Positions 1 through 8,474 are shown, counted from the first letter of the stretch. The stretch: DNA of 11,418 bases from Amoeboradix gromovi X-113 (GCA_018985225.1 JADGIF010000299.1:1-11418); one strand, 5' to 3'. Made by a program: numbers and translations. Notes: a model not told the origin generated them from the sequence alone.

Positions 1-726
1 TAGTTACAGCAGTAGATCCTTTAAACTACCAACTGCTTGTCAAGAGATCTGAAATTGACAAATGAGGAGAAAAAAGATACCATTGCACTCATTGCTTTTA
101 TATCAAATTTGTACATTAATGGTCGCTTTGTTGGAGAGCTTACTTTCACGGATAAATTGTTTTTAGAAAACTACTATAGAGGCGCCGCTAGTAAATGACT
201 CTGCATGTAATCCAGTAGCACTTGTATTTCCCTTTTATCGCACCTTGTGCAGATTTGTTCTTTTCCCAGCAAATACAAACACTCACTTCTCGACCGTTCG
301 GTAAGTCAGATATCTATATAACAATGCTGTTCAGCGTAAATTACAGAGGAGAGTTCTGAGATGTGTCTTTGTTAAACATATATGAACTATATGTTGTACT
401 GTCCCAATTGCTTAAGGCAGTCCAAAAAGGTAGAAAAACTCAGCTTTGACCTATCTAACAGTCTTTAAAGAGCTGCAAGATTTATAGGTTCGAAAGTATT
501 GCAGAAATGACCAGAAAGGTAATCTTGCTTGAGCCTGCCCAAGGCCTAAATATGTCTATGAAATTCTTAAAATTAAATAGTTCATTTTAGATATGAGAAA
601 CGGTTTTAGTTGACCAGAGAGACTTTTGATACATCAAAAATGAAAAGCTAGATCAAGAACTCAAATTTAAATTACACAAGACTAGAAATAATGAACTTAT
701 TAAATGCCATCTTTAAAAAAACCAAG

Positions 727-840
727 AGCGTTACTCACCCATAAAACCGATATAGAGTGTATAAGGTATTGGAAAACCCTGGAAAAGTCATGAAATTATG
801 TACAAATTCTCGATAAAAAATAATTTTTTACAAACGGGAC
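727..840 (-). mobile_element. Heavily deleted third copy (mini-element) of the Fanzor/TnpB-derived family: left end joined to the tail of the right end
   Basis: 765-816 (ggtattggaaaaccctggaaaagtcatgaaattat-gtacaaattctcgataaa) aligns with 10276-10338 (gctattagaaaaatctggaaaagtcttgaaattat[acaaaaatac]atacaaattcgcgataaa). 729-757 (cgtta..cccataaaaccga..tagag) resembles right-end 9922-9966 (cgtta..cccataaaatcga..cagag). Boundaries are approximate. Confidence 0.65.
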
Positions 841-1564
841 ATCAAATATGTGCAAGACAGTTCTTTCTGGATAGTTCCTAAATGAAAATATACCCTATTA
901 TGAATCAGTATTATGATAAAGATTGGATGAAAGAGTAAGAGAATAGCGGTACAGAATATTTATTTTCCTTTTATACTCGTCAACTCCGCAACGAGCTGAA
1001 TGTCCACTCGCCTCTTAAATAATGTTCCAAGTTGTTACAGAAAGTTAGTCCAGTTTTTATATTTGATGTCCCACTTGTTAATTTCTTTTGAAAATTTTCG
1101 ATTTACTTGTAATTCAAAGGCTTTTACAAAAAATCCAAACGGGTTAAACTGCATTCTTGAAATAACTTCGTTTTTAGCAGATAGGCATCCTGAATATGAT
1201 CCAAATGACAGATACGATAATTGAATTTTTTAAGAATTAGGAGACTTGAGAACAGGATCCGAAAAAGAAAGCTCATAATATATCACCCCTGATTAATTTC
1301 AATTGATAAAATGAGACGCGTAATCAGAAACTGAACTCACTCTATTGAAGGGGGATTCTAATTGAGGTACATAATAGGTGTCCCGAAGGAATTTTTGCGC
1401 CAAAGTGCATTCCTTGCAATTCAAATGTATTTTTGCAGCAGTGTAAATGATACTGATATTAATATTTGGACTACGAATTTTAAATGTTTTCGGAAAAGTT
1501 TTATACATGAAATAAAACTCTTTATTAGTTATTACAAGGAAATTTAATTATTTGGGAACTTACA

Positions 1565-2023
1565 GCTCGATTGTTTTCTTGAATAAATCATTTATCGCGA
1601 ATTTGTATATATTTTTGTATCATTTCAAGACTTTTCCAGATATTTCTAATAGCTTAAATATTCGATATTCTTCCTTTTCACAAGTGGTAAATCAATTCTA
1701 AAGAAACAACTAACAGGTACAGCATACATTCGTCTCAGACTGATAAGATGGTCCAAACACAGAAATTCGATGCCATTTACAATACTTGAAACTCTAAAGA
1801 AAACCAATTTGGAGAGCTATTCATGTACATAGTGTCGTTTGGAAGTGGACATGGACCACTGGCACCAAGGAACAAATTCGATGCCATGTACAAGGTGTGG
1901 TACTTTATTCAATCCCGCATCAGGGTAGTGAAAGCGTGAGCAATCACTGTAACGGAACATCTAGCATTGCTACTTTCTCTGTGGAAATTCTCGACTTTCT
2001 CGGAAATCAGGACTTTCAACGAG
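1565..2023 (+). mobile_element. Non-autonomous TnpB/Fanzor-derived element, copy 1
   Basis: Colinear with the reverse complement of 9920-10364. By manual alignment there are 4 mismatches in the first ~93 nt and an identical 34-nt block at 1923-1956. Similarity stops sharply at gctcga (left) and aacgag(Rag) (right). Confidence 0.9.
1770..1907 (+). pseudogene. Decayed TnpB/Fanzor C-terminal zinc finger and RuvC-III fragment
   Basis: Reads MPFTILETLKKTNLESYSCT*CRLEVDMDH, then a 1-nt deletion near 1860, then (M)APRN. Stop at 1830-1832. A displaced SMPCTRCGTL knuckle follows at 1878-1907. Confidence 0.75.
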
Positions 2024-2043
2024 GAGTAGCAATGGACACAAGG
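1908..2043 (+). ncRNA. Putative omegaRNA scaffold plus flank-derived guide, copy 1
   Basis: Lies between the TnpB/Fanzor C-terminus and the element right end. Much better conserved between copies than the coding relic. Hairpins: gtga-GCAA-tcac, tagc-att-gcta, ttc(t)cga-ctttc-tcggaa. No expression evidence; ends inferred. Confidence 0.5.
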
Positions 2044-2340
2044 CACACCGCGTCTTTCCGTCTTTGTACCAGTTCCTAAGAGTGGAAGTGTATGTCCGGC
2101 AAGTAATATTGATATCTCTCATGTCTTACTAGACCTTTGTTTCATAGATTTTGCCCAGTTTTGGCAGAGATGTCTCTTACATTATGATTTCCGAATGGCT
2201 GGGAAGTTTCAATTGAATAACGCGAATTCTTGAAATTGTATGTTGAGATAAATGTCTGGCGCGAAACTGTTGCAGTAGATTGCCATTTTAGCGATATCTT
2301 GTTTTATTAATCTAAATTTTCTCAAAATGGGTAATTATAA

Positions 2341-3868
2341 ATGTCCATTCGAAATAGTCACATTGGTAGTTTCTCTAAAAGTCAGTTGGATATGTACCCT
2401 GCATTAAAGAAACAACAAAAAGACTTGCGTACCGGTTTCGGTGTGTATTCTGCGTCTGGCATTTTGGTCAACATGATTGTTGGAAGTTCGCTCTTCAGTG
2501 CACCTAGTCTTGTAGCCCAACAATCAGGTAGCACCGGAATGGCTCTGATATTATGGGCTGCTGGTTTAGGATTAACATTTTGCGGGGCTGCTGGTTTTAT
2601 AGAATGGGGTTTGTTATTGCCACGAAACGGCGGTGAACTACTATACTTAGCTTACAGTTTTCCGAATGCTGACTTCATTGTTCCTTTTATGTACTCCCTT
2701 CTCAATAATTTCGTAGTGGCACCCGGTATGATTTGCAGTTCCGCTCGTGTAGCTGTATTGAATTTGATGAGATTAACTTCGTTTCGTTTACACAGCGAGG
2801 AATTTACAATTAAGGCTGGAATGATACTGATTATTCTAGTTGGTTTGATCGTCAACATGTTTAGAAAGTCGATAATTGAGGTAATGCAGTATATAGGCAA
2901 TTTGTTCAAAATTTTATTTACTGTTGCTTTTATTACCGTTGGTATATTGGCTGCAGCTGGTGCATTTAAAGACAAAGACGTTGAGTTGCAACCTATTACC
3001 TTCAGAAACACTAGCGCAAATCCTTCTCATCATGCTACAGCATTAATTAAAGTATTTTTTGCTTACATGGGCTGGAATTCACTAAATACTGTTATAGCAG
3101 ACTTGAAGGATCCTCTAGTCACATTTCCAAAGTAAATACAACTTATTTAGGGCCACTTATCTGGGTATAACCACGAGTGCTGCTATTTACACATGCGTAA
3201 GTTTGGTGTACTATTTATTTGTTCCGTTTGATTTTTTAATTGCTTCAAGTGAGACTATTGGTGCCGAGTTCTTTGAGATTACAATGGGAACATTAGCAGG
3301 CACTTTCATTGTTCCGATATTTGTGGGTGTGAGCATGTTTATTACATGTGTTTGTAACATATTTGTTTTTGCTCGAACCTTTGAAGCAATAGCAAGAGAG
3401 AACTTGTTCCCTTTTAAAGAGATACTTCAGCGTAGAAACAGGTACAACATGCCATATAATGCGGCAATAGTTGTATCAATAGTAGCCATATCTTACACAT
3501 TAGGAATGCCAAATGAAAATGGACTGAACTTTCTGATAGATGCAGCAAGTTACCCACATTGGATTAGTACTGCGGTAGTAATAGCTACACTGATATATAT
3601 TAGGGTGAAGCATGTAGAAGTTATTAGCCCCTATACATCATGGTTGAGTGCACTGGTTATATTTCTGATTGGAACAATATTTATTGTTTTGTTCCCGATG
3701 ATTAGCAACACTAATCCAGAGGGAATGTACGATAGTAGGTTGCCAATATTGATGATGGCAGGAGTGATGTTATTAGGACTAGTATTATTTTCGATCATAC
3801 GAAAGACTATACTCGTCCATGCATTTCAAATTCAACAGCAAGTAGTGAAGGTTAATAAAATAGTTTGA
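2341..3868 (+). CDS. APC-superfamily amino-acid permease, LAT/Mup1-like; join(2341..3131,3151..3868), 502 aa
   Basis: Motifs MIVGSSLFSAP (TM1), EWG..LPRNGGE..YL and FAYMGWNSLN..DLKDP..TFPK, plus many TM segments. Removing the 19-nt intron gives continuous FPKATYLGITTSAAIYTCVSLVYY. Confidence 0.92.
3132..3150 (+). other. 19-nt spliceosomal intron (gtaaatacaacttatttag)
   Basis: GT...TAG ends; removal joins ORFs 2341..3135 and 3203..3868 in frame without a gap in the expected permease sequence. Confidence 0.85.
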
Positions 3869-3934
3869 TTTTACACTGGGGGAGTCCCTAAAAAATTTAT
3901 TAGACTTGGTTTGAGGCTTGACGTTTTCATAAAA

Positions 3935-5287
3935 ATGATTGCAGGACTTTTCATATTTGGATTCAAAGGTGAAATGATCTTGAGCAAAGTATATAGACAA
4001 GAAATTACTCGACGCGGAGTAGCAGAGCGATTTAGAGTATTGGTCATCAATAATCCAAGAGTAAATTCACCAATAACATCTGTTACTATATCAACTCCTC
4101 AGGGGCCATTGCAGCTTTACACCTATTATATTAAGCATGAAGATATGTATTTGGTAGCCACGTCAAAGGAGAATGTAAATGTGGCCATGGTATTTGAGTT
4201 CTTGTATAGATTTATAGGAATTTGTATTAACTATTTTGGACATTTTGATGAAGATACAATTAAGCAGCAGTTTGCTTTAATTTATGAGCTGCTTGATGAA
4301 GTAATTGATTTTGGATTCCCTCAAAATTGTGATCCAGAAACATTAAAAAGTTATATCACTGGCAATGTAAAAATTGAGAAACCTGAGCAGATATCAAAGA
4401 TTACAATACAGGCGACAGGAGCTAACTCATGGAGAAGACCAGATATTAAATATAGAAAAAACGAGATGTTTATTGATGTTATTGAAAGTGTAAATGTCTT
4501 AATAGGAGCAAAAGGTAATATACTACAAAGTGAAGTGCAGGGAAAGATAATGATGAAGGCATATTTAACAGGAACACCGGAGTGCAAGTTTGGATTAAAC
4601 GACAAGATGCTCTTAGACAAAGACCCGAGCAAAGAATTTAATAACAAGGAAACAGGCAAGAAGAAGGGAAAGAATGGAGTACAACTGGATGACTGCCAAT
4701 TCCATCAGTGTGTTCGCCTTGGTAAATTTCAAACTGAGAGAACAATTAGTTTTGTTCCACCAGATGGTGAATTTGAACTGATGAAATATAGGACTACAGA
4801 GAATATTAATATACCATTTAAAGTTACACCTACGGTATATTCTAGTACGCCAAACAGATTAGAATATAAAATAAGCTTAAAAGCATTATTTAGTGAGAAG
4901 TTCTCTGGTCAGAACATAACTGTGAAAATACCAGTGCCACCTAACACTGTCGAAATACGAGGACTTAGTTCATTGTCAAACGGTAGCAAGGCTAAATTTG
5001 TGCCGAATGAGCATGCCGTCATTTGGAAGTAATTCAATTATTAATTTAGAATCCCTAGAATGCAAGGTTTAGCTGAATTGATGTTAAGCTGTGAAGCCGA
5101 ACTGAGCAGCAATACTGTACAGAAGCAATGGGCCAGACCACCCATTACTCTTGATTTCCAAGTTCATATGATCACGGCATCCGGATTAATGGTCAGGTTT
5201 CTTAAAGTTATTGAAAAAGGTAACTACCACAGCGTTAAATGGGTAAGATATCTCACAAAAGGCGGCAGTTATCAATTCAAATTCTAA
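3935..5287 (+). CDS. APM4: AP-2 adaptor complex medium subunit (mu2); join(3935..5028,5050..5287), 443 aa
   Basis: Motifs MIAGLFIF..KGE, IYELLDEVIDFGFPQ, ITIQATGANSWRRPDIKYRKNEMFIDV, PECKFGLNDK, DDCQFHQCVRL, SFVPPDGEFELM, WARPPI.LDFQV, VKWVRY. True ATG at 3935. Confidence 0.95.
5029..5049 (+). other. 21-nt spliceosomal intron (gtaattcaattattaatttag)
   Basis: GT...TAG ends with an in-frame TAA at 5030-5032. Splicing restores VIWKIPRMQG, matching the conserved mu2 IVWKIxRxxG. Confidence 0.88.
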
Positions 5288-5942
5288 TAAATGATATAAT
5301 TAATTTTTATGAACAATCACCATTTTGATCCTGAAAATTGAACCCAATTCCGGAGATTAGAGAGTTAAGTGCTCGAGTTACTTAAACATGAATCTTGTGT
5401 ATTCAGCTTCCAAATAAAATTCATTCTTCAGGTAGTGACCCTACCACTAACGTTATACAAAACACTACAAGTCAGAAGTCTGGAAGATGATTATTAACAT
5501 TTTTAGTCATACAAATCTTATGAGTAGATTAGAAAGCAACCGATGGCGTGAAAGTGAAAAAGACAAAAAATAAACAACTCTCAATATCATAGGACTTCTT
5601 TTTATTGGTACTGGTATTTTGTCACCATTCAACACTTTGCAGATCTACGACTTGGAGCAATATTTTCGCATCAGAATATGCGAAATGAAAAGAACTCAAA
5701 GTTCATTAGAGTTGCGACCATTCAAAAACAATATGCTGTGTCCAACACTTGTAGTAGCTGCAAGCTTCATGAAAGGATTTAATCGTTGCGTCATCTTAGT
5801 TTATAAAATATCATTAATTTATCCTGTTTAAAAAACTTTATCTTTGTTTGACTATGCTCCACATTTTAATTAGAATTGCAACATTTTCGTGTCATGACGC
5901 CATAATTTTTTGATATAAAACTGCGACCCCTTTAATTGGTGA

Positions 5943-6785
5943 ATGGTATTTGTAGCAGTTGTACGTGCTAATGATCTGGCAAAAAAAGATCGAATTGGAA
6001 AAGGCGATCCATACATCGTTTTGAGATTTGCAGGAAATGAAGAAAAGACCAAGGCTTTATCTGGTAGCGATCCTTGTTGGGACAATGCTCATTTTAACTT
6101 GCATGGAAATGCAAGTACTTTGTACGTCATGCACAAGGACAAGGATATGGGAGCTGATTCTGTTGTCAGTTTTTGTGCTGTCGATTTGAACAAGTTAGAC
6201 GAGGTTGTTAATGGCTGGTTTCCGCTTTTTAACATGAAAGAAGAAAGAAAAGGCCGAATATTATTAAACATCGGAAAGAACGGGAAGCCATCTGGGTTGC
6301 CGAATGAAAGAGAATATGACAGCTTTATGGATGAAGAAATTAAAACCGTAGTTACGAAGATAAACAAGTCCGCTAAAATGAAAGACGGTATCATGGGTGC
6401 AGCAGGTGGATTATTAGGAGGAATAGGAGCTGGACTAATTGGCAAAAAAATTTATGATGATAATCAAAAAGACAATAAAGAAGAGGAAGAGCGAATTCGA
6501 CGTGAAGAGGATGAAAAACATCAACAGCAAAATTTAAATACAGGTGATGAAGAGAGAAGACAAGAGCAACAGCAGTATGCAAATCAAAGCAACCACTCTC
6601 AAGGCGGTGCTAGTCAGCAAGGGTCCAATGCAGGATCTGGTAGCAACTGGGATGGAAATTTTGTTCAGTACAAGACAGGGCAACAGGTTGAATTCAATAA
6701 TGAGAAGTATCGAGTGTTACAATCTCACGCATCCCAAAACGATTGGGCTCCAAACGTTGCGCACTCCCTCTTTGAACGAGTGTAA
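5943..6785 (+). CDS. Protein with N-terminal C2 domain, Gly-rich hydrophobic segment, charged/Gln-rich linker and C-terminal CBM5/12 (chitin-binding type 3) module
   Basis: C2: VVRANDLAKKDRIGKGDPYIVL..KTK..DPCWD..DKDMGADSVV..GWFPL. CBM12-like: W....YKTGQQVEFNNEKYRVLQSHASQNDWAPNVAHSLF. Confidence 0.85.
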   Translation: MVFVAVVRANDLAKKDRIGKGDPYIVLRFAGNEEKTKALSGSDPCWDNAHFNLHGNASTLYVMHKDKDMGADSVVSFCAVDLNKLDEVVNGWFPLFNMKEERKGRILLNIGKNGKPSGLPNEREYDSFMDEEIKTVVTKINKSAKMKDGIMGAAGGLLGGIGAGLIGKKIYDDNQKDNKEEEERIRREEDEKHQQQNLNTGDEERRQEQQQYANQSNHSQGGASQQGSNAGSGSNWDGNFVQYKTGQQVEFNNEKYRVLQSHASQNDWAPNVAHSLFERV

Positions 6786-6874
6786 AAATAAATCAAAGTA
6801 AGATTTCACCAAGACCATAACGTCTTACGCGCAACAAATCATTTATTTTCCTGGTTAGAGCATCTCCTCAAAAC

Positions 6875-8455
6875 ATGACAGAACTCCATCGTTGTCGATT
6901 TTTGAGAGCAAATCCACCAACTATAGTTCGTTTGAATAAGAGCGTTGCTGTTACTAAATATGCTGTACACATTCTTGAGGACTCTATAATTATAAATACT
7001 ATTCATGGTGAATTTATTAATGCGTTTTTAGAAAATGATTTTTTGTTCTTACTAAATGTAGAAACAATAGGTAAATTAAATTTAAAAAACGGGCAGCTGG
7101 ATGTAGCGCATTCTATTTATCGATTTGTAGACTTTCAGCTGTTCAATGAGACTATAGCTGTGATTGATGGCAACACAGTACAATTAATTGATTTTGATCT
7201 AGAAATTCAAAAGACGTACCACCATAGTAGTAGCATTAATGAGTTCTATTGCACATCCGATAACCTTATTGTGACTGCGCATGATAGCTATATCCAGGTT
7301 CGTAAAAACGGTGAGTTGCAGTATTCTATGGAATGTGAAACCCCATGGTGTGTCAGCACTTTTAATCAATTCGTGCTTAGCGGGCATAGCAACGGCATCT
7401 CTATTTGGAATAAGAACATATTGGTTCAACACCTCGAGACAAAACTAGATATTTTAACAATTAAAGGTTTGTATGCAATCGGTTTACAGGGCACTCTGTA
7501 CGAGTTGCAAGTAATAAATGAAAAATGGAGCATAAAAAAACAACAGCATATTCATACACACGAAGCCCGTGCACTCCATGTCGACAATTTTGTATATTCT
7601 GCTGGTTTGGATGGAATCATCCATAAGAGAAACCTGAACTTTGACTTGGTCGACTCGATTCCTTTGAACTTACTAATTAAGAGTCAGAACAAGCGCATTG
7701 CATATGCGAATGAGACCAAGCTACAGATAGTGACATTGAATGGTACGCCAACACCGGAATTCACATTTGAGGATGTAGTTGTCAATTTTGAACTGTATGA
7801 GGAAATGGTAGTTGTGCAGACCTTGGAACACGTAAAAGTAGTAAGTGATAATAGAGTCACCATGGAATATTTAGGTTGCAAGTTCATGTGTGTTGTAATC
7901 GATGAGCTCTATTTGTTCAGAAGCTTAAATCAGGTTGAGATCATAAATTTACAGTCAGGAGAGAGTCAGTTGATTCATTTGAACCTGAGCACTCCGATAG
8001 AGCAGTTATTCGTTTTCCAGGACTATATAGTACTGAAATGTTGGAATATGATTCATTTGTTAAAGAATCAAAAAATATTATATTCTTATGACTTCTTGTT
8101 GCCGGTTCGTGACATCGCAATCATGAATGATACTCTGATTGTACTAGCAGACTCTCTGCATGTTTATAATAATGGATCCCGCAAGACGTACAAAATCGAT
8201 AATTACTTGAAAATGACAACCTCTGGGGATGCATTGTATCTGTATAATAGAGACAAGATTTGTAAAGTAGAGCAAGATATTTGTGTTAAACGAAAACTCG
8301 ATAACGCAAAATTGAAGACTAGTGCGCCATTGAAGCAATACAAAGACTTGGAGAGATTTGAAATGTGGGACGCCGAACATGGATATGTAGTAGAAAGACC
8401 ATTATCCTTGAGAATAAAAGACCTGCCAGCAAGACTAATAGGGCCATGGAGATAG
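6875..8455 (+). CDS. UTP4: Divergent WD40 protein, probable U3 snoRNA-associated protein 4 (UTP4/cirhin)
   Basis: N-terminal LHRCRF...P..I, internal HTHEARAL..SAGLDG (cf. HxHDVRAL..SGGxD) and C-terminal VVERP....LP are Utp4 hallmarks. Beta-strand-rich pattern throughout. Confidence 0.75.
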   Translation: MTELHRCRFLRANPPTIVRLNKSVAVTKYAVHILEDSIIINTIHGEFINAFLENDFLFLLNVETIGKLNLKNGQLDVAHSIYRFVDFQLFNETIAVIDGNTVQLIDFDLEIQKTYHHSSSINEFYCTSDNLIVTAHDSYIQVRKNGELQYSMECETPWCVSTFNQFVLSGHSNGISIWNKNILVQHLETKLDILTIKGLYAIGLQGTLYELQVINEKWSIKKQQHIHTHEARALHVDNFVYSAGLDGIIHKRNLNFDLVDSIPLNLLIKSQNKRIAYANETKLQIVTLNGTPTPEFTFEDVVVNFELYEEMVVVQTLEHVKVVSDNRVTMEYLGCKFMCVVIDELYLFRSLNQVEIINLQSGESQLIHLNLSTPIEQLFVFQDYIVLKCWNMIHLLKNQKILYSYDFLLPVRDIAIMNDTLIVLADSLHVYNNGSRKTYKIDNYLKMTTSGDALYLYNRDKICKVEQDICVKRKLDNAKLKTSAPLKQYKDLERFEMWDAEHGYVVERPLSLRIKDLPARLIGPWR

Positions 8456-8457
8456 TG

Positions 8458-8473
8458 AATAAATTCATTTATT
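8458..8473. terminator. Back-to-back AATAAA polyadenylation signals in the 19-bp convergent spacer
   Basis: aataaa at 8458-8463 (+) and tttatt at 8468-8473 (AATAAA on -). AATAAA also lies at or just after the stops at 5286, 6787 and 9295-9300 (-). Confidence 0.55.
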
Positions 8474-8474
8474 T

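Noticed and set aside
25-198. Stop-free + frame TTNCLSRDLKLTNEEKKDTIALIAF...GAASK, and a GEKRYHCTHC-like string in another frame
   Set aside because: No start codon, convincing splice acceptor or recognisable homology; the zinc-finger-like string lacks the His pair and is bounded by stops.
420-1550. Short ORFs 1000..1224, 1299..1508, 1362..1547 and stop-riddled coding-like stretches
   Set aside because: No recognisable motifs; possibly decayed sequence, but I cannot assign it.
1565-2023. Helitron, TIR-MITE, CRISPR or tRNA/SINE interpretation of the repeat
   Set aside because: No 3' CTRR end with A|T insertion, only a 4-bp CTCG/CGAG inversion instead of TIRs, no repeat-spacer array, and no cloverleaf or poly(A) tail.
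1897-2079. 60-aa ORF sharing GSESVSNHCNG with the 9959..10165 ORF
   Set aside because: The shared peptide only reflects the identical 34-nt block. The ORF has a GTG start and runs out of the element into the flank; conservation is better explained at the RNA/DNA level.
2327-2407. Upstream ATG followed by gtaatt as an alternative first exon of the permease
   Set aside because: The nearby AG acceptors (2357, 2369, 2385) do not restore the permease frame; 2341 was kept as the start.
5429-5438. caggtagtga resembling the scaffold start cagggtagtga
   Set aside because: Similarity does not extend on either side; compatible with chance.
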